This document shows, piece after piece, positions 26,883-38,800 of a stretch of DNA of 64,000 bases. Numbering within the stretch: position 1 is the stretch's first letter; each line of letters begins with the position of its first letter. The DNA is from a virus. Made by a program: the position numbers and the translations under genes. The stretch is taken from IMG/VR virus record IMGVR_UViG_3300044967_000005; one strand, written 5' to 3'. The notes under the pieces are model-generated. The model ran no database searches, had not been told where the DNA came from, and was given only the letters and a program-made list of their open reading frames with translations.

Positions 26883-29800
26883 CTACTCTTTTATGCTGTC
26901 TAAATAATTTTGGTGTTTCTCCACTTCCGCAAGAACTCTTCTCACGTTTTCCTTATCTTTCGGTTGCACTTTGATTCCGAACCGTGCAATATCTCGCTTG
27001 GCTCTTGTTAATTCAAGATTCATTCTATTTTTATCTTGCTTCGTAAGGTTTGGTGAAGAATGCACTTCTTTTTGAAGGTCTGAAATATGCTTCATAGATT
27101 CCTTCAAATCGCGGAACATTTTCGTTGTTTCGTCAGGATGGTGTTTCACGCCGAATGTTGAATGAGCGTTCTCTATGTTCTTCGCTTTTTTATAGAACTT
27201 GTCCACCGAACGTGAACGAATTTCTTGTTCAGTGGTGAAGAAACTACCTGTTACAAGTGTATCATTTTTCGGTTTTCCACCGAACGTCTCCAGGAAGGCA
27301 GCACCGTATTTGCCGAATAAGCTAGTGATTGCATAATCGAACTTCTTAGGAGAGATACCATACTCGTAATTGGCGTCCTTATCGTCTTTCACGCCTTCCA
27401 GTTGGTTGCGTAGTCTGAATACGATTTCGGCTTGTTGTCTCGCAAGAGTTGACGTATTATCATCGAATTGTTGGAAGTCCGGCTTATCTTCGTCGTATTT
27501 CGATACGATTTCACCGCCCCACCACGTTTCATTGTGGCTTATATCGGTAAAGGTTTTTAACCACATCGGCAAGTACGGTAAGTGATACAGTGTTTTTAAT
27601 GGTTGTAACACGTCCTCGTAATACTTTCTCGCCCCATCTTCTCCTAACACGTCGTCCAGGAAGCGTTCAACGTAAGCGTCGGGAATAGAGTATGTGAATG
27701 GTTTAGCGATTCCGTAGTAACCGAACGGCGTCCACACGAACCAATAACGATCTCGCATGTCCGAAGGTATCTCTTCTTCATCGTCACCCATTACTCGGCT
27801 CAATGCCCAAGTAACCAGTGTCATTGGTAACAAGGTTGACGCGGCACGAATGGTTAATCGTTTAGACGCTTTATTGAATCCGTGTTCTTTAATTTCAATA
27901 CCTTCTCGATATATCCCTTGAAGCGCTCCGTGTAAGAAACTAATTGGTGCAGTTACTTTTCGGAATCCTTCGTGTTTTCCGTGACCACTAAAGTTTACGG
28001 TTACTTGTGAAGCCCTGTGACCAACTTCCAGCAAGATTCTTTCGACTTTCGCTAGGTCTGCTTTATCCAACTCCACTGAACCATCCATGAAGTCATTGTA
28101 GTTAATTCCTTCTTCGGCAAGTAGCTCAACCACTGAAGAGTGGAACTCCCCATATCGGAAAATCCCTTCACCCCAAGAAAGGTATGTTGACGGGTTGAAA
28201 AGTTTAATGAACTTCCCGTTTTTCATTTTCCACAACGACACGTCTTTCGTTGGCAATAATCCATCAGTAGCACTCTTACGAGAGAATGATTTCAATACGT
28301 TTTCAGGATTAGAAGTAAATGCACCACTCGCCATGTATTGATCCACTACTTTTTGGTCTACTCCTGCCGCATACGCCATTCCTTTTAACGTACTCTTAAT
28401 GTAAGTGCCAGCGCCTTTTGATTCGCGTTGTAAAAATGCAGTAGTTAAATCACGCTCGAACGCTGTTTTCATGTACTTAAAGTTTGCTAACGCTAGGAAT
28501 CGGAAGAACGACGACATTTTACTCATCATTCTTGTGTACAGGCCAAGTTGGAGAGGTTGCATGGACATGATTGCGTTGTACATATCCGGTGCTATTCTCA
28601 TGTATGTGCGCTTCGCTTTGCCGTCTTTGTCGTACTTCCAGTTCATTAGAATAGCTTCTTTTGAGTTGGTCTTATCACCTTGGATAAAGATTGAGAACAC
28701 CGCATTGGATAACGAACCTTCCATATCCGAAGCGTCTACTCCTGTTGATTCGGTAACAAAGTCGATAAGTTGTTTCTCGATCTGTGTTCCTTTAACAATG
28801 TGAGGGATAGCTTCGGGTCTGATAATCTCCCCGAATTTACCCATTCCTTTAGTCTTTTTAGGGTCAATACTGTCTTGAAGCATATCCATTGTGCTTTTAA
28901 ACTCGACTGCTGCTTCCGTTTCCATGAGTTTGTTCATCGTTGCTTGTAACACATCAAGGACAATCTCTTGCTTACCTTCATAGCCGTGTACGGTCTGACG
29001 TGCGGTTTTACGTTCACTATCATTCCCAGTTAATTGTGCGGAACTCGACGCGTAATAAGTAGGGATGTAGAACCTTGAACCCTTCTTAACGGTTTCCTTC
29101 GTTTCTTTGGTAATGATACCGCCCTCGACTGCTTTTGTTAGAAGGACTTCGGAAAGATTGTTTGTGTATTCTTCAATGATGTTTTCAAGTTTCGGAAGGT
29201 ACTGACGACTAAACTCGATTAATGATTCAGCGTCCTTCTCGCTAATTGGGTTATTTACGAATTTCTTCTTGCCGTTTTCATCTACACGTTCACTACGTTC
29301 CTTATATCGGTACGCTTGTGCAATTGCAGAAAACATTTGATAAGAAGATGGAGACTTTTTCTTCTTGCCGTTGTCGTCTATTTTTGTTCGGTCTAGTATC
29401 TGTTGCAAGTCTGCGGGAATATTATTGTTTTTCTTTAGGATTTCCTCGATATGAACAATCCCATCTAACGCGACTTCCTGGAAGCTACGAGAGCTTATTG
29501 CCATTAGTGCAGCTTCTTTTTGCGAAAACTTCTTCGCATACTCTTTATAGCGCTTACGATAACCTTCTTTGTCGGAAATGCTAGAAGGGTTTAATTCAAG
29601 TAAGTCCTCATATCTTAAACGCAAGAACTCGGGAACTTCTTCGGCCGACTTGTAGTTGATAATTTTACGACCGTATTTATCTGCCGACCAATTCACAAAT
29701 TCATGTCTTGCGCGGTCCATTGAATTGCCGGAAGAAGCTAATTTCTTAACAATATCAAGTCCTTTATATCCCTGTTGAGTAAGTGCTTTTCGCATGTCTT

Positions 29801-32800
29801 TAAACGGGATAGTGAAGTCAATGAACTCGAATAATTGTTCTTTGATGAACCCTTTAATCTTTTCTCTTCCAGTGGCGTTTTCTCCACCTCTGATTGAGTA
29901 ACCATCACCAATATTCTTGGAGATACGCGCGTCATCAGCGAAGTTGATTGAACCTAACACTTTGCTAATAGCCGAACCGCTTACTTCATCCTCGATTACT
30001 TTACTAGCTTTTACAAAAGCCTCGTTCAGGTGCGGGTCGCCTTCAATGAACTTCTTCAAGAAGTTATAAGCTTCGGGTGCTAGTTGTTCACTCGCTATTG
30101 GATCAATCACATATAGCTGGAATAGTTCAGCAAGACCTTCTTTCATCTTGTCGTCGCCTTCTAGTTCCGAACCGTTTGGATAAAGCTTTTCAGCTATTTT
30201 TTCCAGTTCACTTCTAAGTGATTCAAACGTATCTAGTCCTACATAATCCTCGAAGGCGTGTCCTAGTTCATGAGCCACAACGCGTAAGTCGTGAAGGTGT
30301 TTACTGCGAACATTCCCCGATTTCTTATTGAAGTTGTACGTTCCTAGCGCTTGACCATTTCCTTTTTTCTTCCCTCGTCTACCTTCAACATATCCCGAGC
30401 GAATGACAGTGTTTAACGCGTTGGCTAACAAGTCACCTACCTGTTTCGCTACTTTAGGAGATACTTTGATGTCCGTACCCCCACTAAGAGCCGTGTTGAG
30501 CAAACTTGAAACACCGGAATCTTCATCCGTTTCTAACCCCTGTGGTTCTTCGTTCGCTAATCTTTCAGCTTCTTGTTGACGTTTATCTTCTGCTTTAACT
30601 CGTCGTTGTTCAGCTACACGCTCCGTTACCCCTTTACGAGTGTCTTTTCGGTCAAAGTCTCGAACAAACGTAATGACAGGAAGCACTTCGCGTTCGCCTA
30701 ATTCGTAAATCTCGTATTCAGTTTCGTTGCTTTCTCCGAATACATCAGGTTCACTCGACTTAGTAATGTTAATTACTTCGCTAAAGATAACGTCAATCTC
30801 ATAGTCCGGCTTATCTTCTTTTTGTTTCTTTTTATTTTTAGAAGGGACTTCTCGGTAATTAACCCTAGTAGCAACATACTCTTTGCCGTCTTTGGCGAAC
30901 ACGGTATCAAAGGTATTCGTAAGTTCGTGTTGTAAAGCTTCTTCTCGAAGTGAAATCACGTCATTTTCGAGTTTGTGTAATGTGTCTGTATGCTCGAAAG
31001 TCTGTGTCGATAACTCTTTCGCTTCTTTGAGCGCAACTTCTAAATCCTCTAGCTTTTCTTTCGATGTTGGGGAATATGTTTTGTTAGAAAGCCCGATAAC
31101 TACGTTTTCTAAACGCGACATACTTCCTCGACCTTCACTGGCAACAAAGTCCTGCATAGGAACAAAACCGTAACCAAATGCTGCGCCGTCTACAATATCA
31201 CCGACTAATACCGTTTCTTTAAACACTCGTTCACTTCGGTAGTTCGATTCAATATATCCAGCCGCGATAATTGGAACTCCGCCTAATACACCGATCTGCT
31301 CCGCGTATTCTTTCGTGCGTTTTTCTTTGCGAATGTCGAGAACTTTAGTTTGGAGCGCCTTTACTCCTTCCGTTCGTTCTGTGTATGTTTTCTTACCAAG
31401 AACAAAATGGAAATTTTTATCCCTAGTTGATTTCGCTTTCCCTTCCATCGCACTAGCAAATTCATAGAGTTCAGTAAGATTCTTTTTCTTTTCTTCGTAC
31501 CCCTCAATGGTATGAGTTGCTTTCCCTTTACGTTTACTGAAATCACGTTGCAAGTCGGTTAAACGTCTGATTTCTTTTTCGGTTTTCATCAATTCAATCA
31601 TGCTTAAATTCCCTGTAGCACTTGCTTTGATTTCCGAGAAGCTCATAATCTGTTCGGCAATTTCATCCATTGAACGTATTTCTGTTCCACCCGACATTAC
31701 CTGGGCGATGAATTTAGCTTTGTTTTCAAGTGTGTTCCACATTAAAGCGTCAAAGCTTCCTTCTGTTACATACGTTTTGATATTGACGTTAGAGTTAAAG
31801 TTACCTTGTCGGATAATACGTCCTTCGCGTTGCTCAATATCAGACGGTCGCCAAGTTGGGTCAGCATGGTGCAAGGTCGTTAAACGTTTTTGTAAGTTCA
31901 TCCCTACGCCCATTTTCCCAGTGGAACCAATTAACACTCGAATTTTACCGTCATTGAACAATTCACTTAGTTTTTTCTTTTGTGGCGGCTTGTTGTAATC
32001 ATGAATGAACGCAATGTGTTCATCTTTTACCCCTAGCTCCAGTAAACGGTCTTTCAAGTTTTGATACATACTCGCATCTGCGCTGTCTGTATCATCGTCG
32101 CTATCGTCCTCTTTCGGCTTATCAGTAGCCTTCGGTACACCAATATCCATGAACACGATTTGTGTTCCATTATCGAATGTAAATGGCTTCCCATTCGGGT
32201 CTGTTCCTTTATTCCCTTTTGCGGTAGCTTTGTATTCCTCTGCTACTTCTTCGGCAATACGGTTTAGCTTACTGTTCGGATCATTGTCTACTGAGCCGTC
32301 AAACAAACGGTAGTCAAGAGCCAACTTCTTACCTTCACCTGTCAGTTTCAACAAGTTATCCATAAATGGTTCGATTCCGTCCGCGATTTCGCCCGCACGT
32401 TTTACCATGATTTCCAGGTATGTTTTTTGTTTATCACTCATGCCTGTTGTGACAGTGATACGTTCAGCTTTTGGACGTTTCAAGTATGGTAAGTCATCTG
32501 CCATTTTCACGTCTGCAAATGATTTGAAGATACGCATTAATTCTCCGACATTCGTAAACTTAGAGAAACGTGTTTTTTCTACGAATTTACCTGCTGTATT
32601 CAATTCAACCGAGTTTTCCGTTGTACCGAATAATTGCGCCCATCCATCAAAGTGCGTCAATCCTTGCGCTTCTAACACTTCCGGTGCAAGGTAGCGAAGT
32701 AGTGTGTACATTTCAGCCATCGAGTTTGAAATCGGTGTACCTGTTGCGAAAACGGTTCTTCCACCTTGCTTATTCATGACGAATGTTTTCATATACATAT

Positions 32801-35800
32801 CAAAGGCACGTTTACTACTGGAGTTCGGTAGTCCTCCAATGCTCCCTAGTTTCGTGTGATACTGTAGGTTTTTATAAGACTGGGCTTCATCGACGAATAA
32901 CGCGTCAATTCCGATTTCCTCAAAACTCATACCTACGTCTTTTTTATCTCGTCCTGCCAATTCTTCTAAGCGACTTTCCAACTTCTCAATCGCTTTTTCA
33001 ATTTCTTTGACTGTCGGTGATTTCCCATCTTCTGAAGTAAGCTCTTCCATGTACGAACGCAAAGCTTCTACTTCTCTATGGACAAATTCTCTTTCATTTT
33101 CGGGATCAAGACTAACTCTCTCAAAACTTGTGTAACTCATGATGACTACATCATAGTCGCCATATTTCACGTCTGCTAAAGAACGGAAACGCAAGGCGCG
33201 GTTTTTCTCCACTTCCTGTTCGTACTGCTTGTCGCTCCATTTTGCATTACGAGAAATTTTGATTCCGGCAATGTCATTTTCGGTTTTACCCGTTGTAATG
33301 ACTTTGATTTTCGCATTAGGATAAGCGTGTTGGAACTCCCTTGAAGCTTGTTCTACCATGAAGTTTGGAACAACCATCATAGGCTTTTTGATAATGCCTA
33401 AACGTCTGCCTTCCATGATGGCTACTTGCATTTCCAGGGACTTACCAGCACCTACAACGTGTGCTAACAAAGTGTTTTGTGAACGTAACACGCGCATAGC
33501 CGCGTCCTTTTGGTGTTTATACAGCTTGTACACTGGATTTAAGTTTGGAATTAAAGTTGGTTCTTCGTCCGTACCATACATACGTTCACCATCAAACGTC
33601 CGAGGAACGACACTTGTAAACGTATCGTTATACAATCTTGTCAATTGTTCGTTGTATGTTGGATGACCAATAATGAAAGACTTTAACTCGTTTTGTAATT
33701 GTTCAACTATACGATTAGTGACGTTCAGTATTTCTTCTCTTGTTTGAGCTTCCACACTTGGCGGTATGTTTTCTTTATCTAATGCAGGTTTAGGCGACTT
33801 CATGTTCATGAGTTTTTCAATCACATCAATACCCTTTACGCCTTTTTTAGCATATTTGTGATTAATCGCGTAAGTTTGCTCGTTTTTGTGAGAGCTGCTT
33901 CTTGAACTTAAACCCCAAGATGCCGTTTGGAAATTGTGAGTAACAGTAACATCACGCAAGCCGAGTGTTTTTTCGATGAACTCTTTGTACACTTCTTTCG
34001 GAATCCACCCTTGACCGAAACGAATCCCATCAACGACTTGTTCTACACTTAATTGAGTTGGCATGATTTTTTCAAGTGCGGCAATGTTTTTGTGTAAATC
34101 CTTCGCCTTCGCAAGAGCAAGTTTCTTCGCGATATTTCCACTTAGGTATTCGTCATCCGTCACATACGCTTGTTCTTGTGGGTCAAAGAAAATGTGTCCT
34201 TCGGCTTCTAACTTATCAATCGTTTCGTCTTTACTCTTGCCGATTAAATCAGACACCACATTCAAGTCCAGTTCGCCCCTATGGATCAAGGATAAATTCA
34301 ACGCCTGTTTCACGTCTCCTTTTTTCTCTAGCTTAATATCAGGGAACTTTTGACGGTCTTTGAATAGGTCTACTTTCTCCAACTTCTTGCCTACAACTTT
34401 TTCAAGAGAGCGAAGCAATGCGACTGTGCGAACATCGTCCTCAAAAGGTGTTAATACTCCCGTTTTGTTAAATTCGCCATGAGTTTTCACGAATTTATCA
34501 TACGTTTCATTCAACAGTTTTCGTTCTCTTATCATTTGTTCACTTGGTATATCTTTGTTTTCTTCTTTGACGATTAAAGCTAAATAAGAATCACGAACTG
34601 CTAACGCGTCTTTTAATTTTGGAATGTTGTCTTTTTCGACTTTGTACATTTTCCATTGGTTAAAGACGTACTGGAAGTATGCTCCGTTTTGTGCGTGAAT
34701 CGCTCCATCGAACACTCCGACTTTTTCTTTTGCCCACTGTTCATTAATGAAGTTTTCAACTTTCACTGGCGCGTCTTGGTTTACTCCACCGCTAACAAAT
34801 TTCCCTTTGAACACTTTTGATACATGAGCGACGGCTTTTTTCAATCTTCTTTCAAAGTTATCCATCGACACAATGAGCTGATCCCCATAACGAGTACCTT
34901 GTTTCAATTCGCCTGTGATTTGGTCGGGGTTAGCTAAGAAATATTCGTTCACATTCCCTTTCGCGTCACCGTAGTCTAACTGTCCAATGTTCGTTATTGG
35001 AGAAGAATTAGTTTTGCTGCCCTTCACTTTTTTACGGAAGAAGAGAATGTCTGTTGTGACACTTGTTCCGGCGTGTTTAAATGCGTCATTCGGAAGGCGA
35101 ATCACTTCAAAGAAGTCTGTGTTTGCTTCCATGTACTCACGAACTAATTGACCTCTCCAATCCCTGCTATCAAGTGAACTAGAAGAAGTGATTAGAACAC
35201 CTAACCCGCCCTCTTTTAAAAGGTCTAGGTTTTTCACCAGGAAGTAATCGTGCGTATTGTGCGTTGCATACTCCATTACTCGGCCTTTGTGGTCTAATTT
35301 GCCTTTTGGCAAACGATTACCTTCTGCATCTTTTTTAGTGCCTATAGCTTTATCAGTGTAGGTTTTGTCTAGGATTTTATTACCCGAAAACGGTACGTTC
35401 CCAATAACTACATCGAATGAACCTTCCGTATCTTTAAAAATTTGGAACCCTTTATGATGATGTTTTTGGTTCGGGTACAGCTTGCTCGTAATTCGGTGAG
35501 ACAATCCATCTATTTCGACTGTAGTGAATTTATGTTTCCCATCTACTTGTGGGAAAGCACCTAAAAACATACCCGTTCCGACTGAACTTTCAAGGATTTT
35601 CCCACCATTGAAGCCTGCCTTTAACAAAACATCGTACATTTGTTTAACAATATCGTAGCTAGTGTAGTAACTTGTGAGGACTGTTTTTTGCATAGCGTCA
35701 TATTCTTCTTTTGTAATCAATCCGCTATCGACATGTTCTTGCAAGTGTGGGTACTGCGGTTTTCTGCGGTCGAAGTAATCCGGCAATCCACCCCACCCTT

Positions 35801-38800
35801 GATACTTGGCTAATGTCTCTAGTTCACTAGCTGTCCCGTGACGGTTTTCAGCTTCCAGCGTTTTTAATGTTTCTAACGCTTTGATGTTGTTTTCAAAACG
35901 CTTCTTAGCATTAGGTTCATAAATGTTTTTCGTTATAACATGGTCTACTGGAACAACTCGCTCAGTAGGATTTCCATGATTTGACGGTGACGTGATAGTA
36001 TCTCCTGTTGATCCTTCTGACTGTTCTTCCCTTGAATCGGGAACTCCGTCAGCGATTCCGTCATTCGTTCGTTCATTGCTACCTTGATTTCGTCCATCAC
36101 CTGTTGCAGATACTTCTTGATTTGGTTTTCTTCCGTCAACATCTTGTGTTGGTTTGGTTGGCGTTCCATTAGATACGCTTCCAGTTCCGATAATGTTGGA
36201 AACATTCGTTGAACCTCCTTGTCGATTTCTTATATCCTCCAAGAATCCGTCTAAATCATCTACCCACGCCGGACGATTGGCTTTTCCGAAACTGTATTCA
36301 TCTTCTTTCATTGCTTCTTCAAATTCTGAATGACTAAGTTCGATAGTATCATCAGGGTATGAAATGTAGACTGTTCCTTCCGCGTCCATCAAGACTTGGA
36401 ACTGTTCTCCGTTCTCGTCTAATCCACGACCGTAGCCTAATAGGTTTTTGCGGTATTCTTCTATAGTTACATCATTAGCTTTGAATCCTTCGTTGAACTC
36501 TTTTGAATCGAGTTTCACTTTTTGTCCTCGACTAACCATGTGTTTTAGATACTGGTCATACGCAAGTCTTGGATCAACGTTTCCGTAAATAGCTTTCATA
36601 AAGGAAGGGATTTCTGAATCGTACAGCAAGTCGAACATAACCAATTCGTCTTTTGAAAAACTCCCATTTATCGTACTTCGTTTTTCGTGTTTAGGTTCTA
36701 AGTAGCCTAAAGACGCATATTCCGAAGTTGTTTGTTCTGTAGCTTCTTCCGTAACAGTAGTTATTTTCTGCGGCGTTTCATTTTTTGCATTGTAAGCATC
36801 GAGTAATCCCTTGTACCGTTTCCACATCTCGTTATATGACGCGGAGAATAAGCGCCCATCGCCTGTTTCGATTTTAACTTTGTTTTTATAACCATACGGA
36901 CTGTCATTTGAAATGAAAGTATTATGAGAACCGTAAGTTTTCATCTTATCGCGGAACCATTTTTCAGTCAGTTCCATATCACCATATGCCCGAGAATCAG
37001 GTTTGTACGTGCTGCTTGCATAATCTATAGCCGAATAATTTAACACATCTTCGTCTGACATGAGGGACAAGATGGTTTGTTCGTTTAGTCGGTATTGTCT
37101 CGCCTGTTCATTCGTCCAACTACTGTTATAGCCTTTTCTATCTTTGCCTATTCCTGTTCGCATCAATCCAGGGGGGAAACCTTCAAACGGATCATACGAG
37201 TAATTCTTTTTAATCGTTTCGGCTATTTCAGCTTCAAGAGCGTCCTGTTTTATCTTTTCTTCTCCAGTTGGAATCTTAACGGCTCTAAAACGATGGTCAG
37301 TCTCGCTTTGACCTGTATTTCCATTTTCATCTATCCATTTAACGATGTTGTCTTGGAAGTGCGTTCTAATCTTAGTTCCTTTGTAGACCATTTCATGTGT
37401 GAAATCTTTTGAGTATTCCACTTCTTCTTTTGGTTTTGTTTTTGGTACGGCTACTGCTTCTTCAACTTCAGTCTGTGCGCCCATGTCTTTGACTTTAACG
37501 TGTGTGCTGTTCATGTGGTCGAAAGCTTCAATTAAATCTTTTGCACTAACGCCCTCTGAATAGTAGTTAAGGTTCAACCAATCGTTAATATCAGCTACAC
37601 TTGCGCTTCTGCCATCATGCTTTGGCATACCTAGATAGCCGTCTTTGTCTTTCGAGAAAATCAACGTCATTTCAGACGGTTCTTCTTTGTGCCAGTGCTT
37701 TTTGTTTGGTTTGAATGTAGCTGTAATCCTTGTTTTTGTTTCTTTGTAAGAAACTTTAGGTACGGGTTCATTTTTAAACAGAATCGTTAGATACGGTTCT
37801 TTTGCAGAAGGTTTTTCCGGTTCTGCTTTTGACAGTGGTTCTAACACGTTCGATAACAGGCTGATTGGTGCAGGGTTAATGTAAGGAACACTTTCACTTC
37901 TACGCACGAAGAATGTACCTTTTGCCGTTTCAAATTCAACGACTTGCCACTGTTCAAATTTGTTCAGTGTTTTTATTTTGCGCTGGTGAGTAGGTTTAAA
38001 TGGTTCTTTGTTCCACTCGTCTTTGTTAGCGCTAAATATCGCGTTCGGGTCACGGTTTTCAAGCATGGTTTCTTTTGCTTGCTCTGCTTTTGCGTCAAGT
38101 TCGGCTTTGCGTTCATCTTGTACGACCTTAGATTCAAACTTAACCTCTTTGCCTTCTAAGTAGTCTCGCATGTCAGTGAATAACACTTTATTGTATTCAG
38201 GAATGTCCGGGAACACATCAGAAATGTTATGCCCTTCCCATTTGAAATTTTTCCCCATTCCAATGAAGATCGTACCCATATCTTGAATAATACTTGCGTC
38301 TCCACCAACATGTAACGTCCCAATTCCTCGTTGTAACATAAGGTAGGCTTTCTTCGTATTCGGTTCACCATTCACGGTTGTAGGGGCATTTAACGGAATT
38401 TGTAACCACTTTTTGCCGATTGTTTGGTATTTATAAATTGGTCTGCCAGTCTCTTCGTTCTTCCCTATAGGGGTGATTAATTCGACTGGGGTTGCAGATT
38501 CTTCTTGGGATTTCGTTTGGATTTTCTTTGGTTCTGTTTCTTCTACAGATTCTTTTTCGGGTTTATATTTTTTCTTTGGCTGGAAGTCTTTAAATGCTTC
38601 GTGCGCTTCCTTCCATTCCGCATATTTACCTGGTTTAGTGAACTTGAACCACTTCGCTTTACTCGGACCGATTACAGTCATTTTTGTAAAACGGAACCCT
38701 AAACGTTCTAACTCGTTAAGTCCTTCTTGTGTAGTGCTTCGGAAAACGTCAACAAATATAGTTCCATCGTTAGAGCCTACACCCATAACTCCGTCCGTGT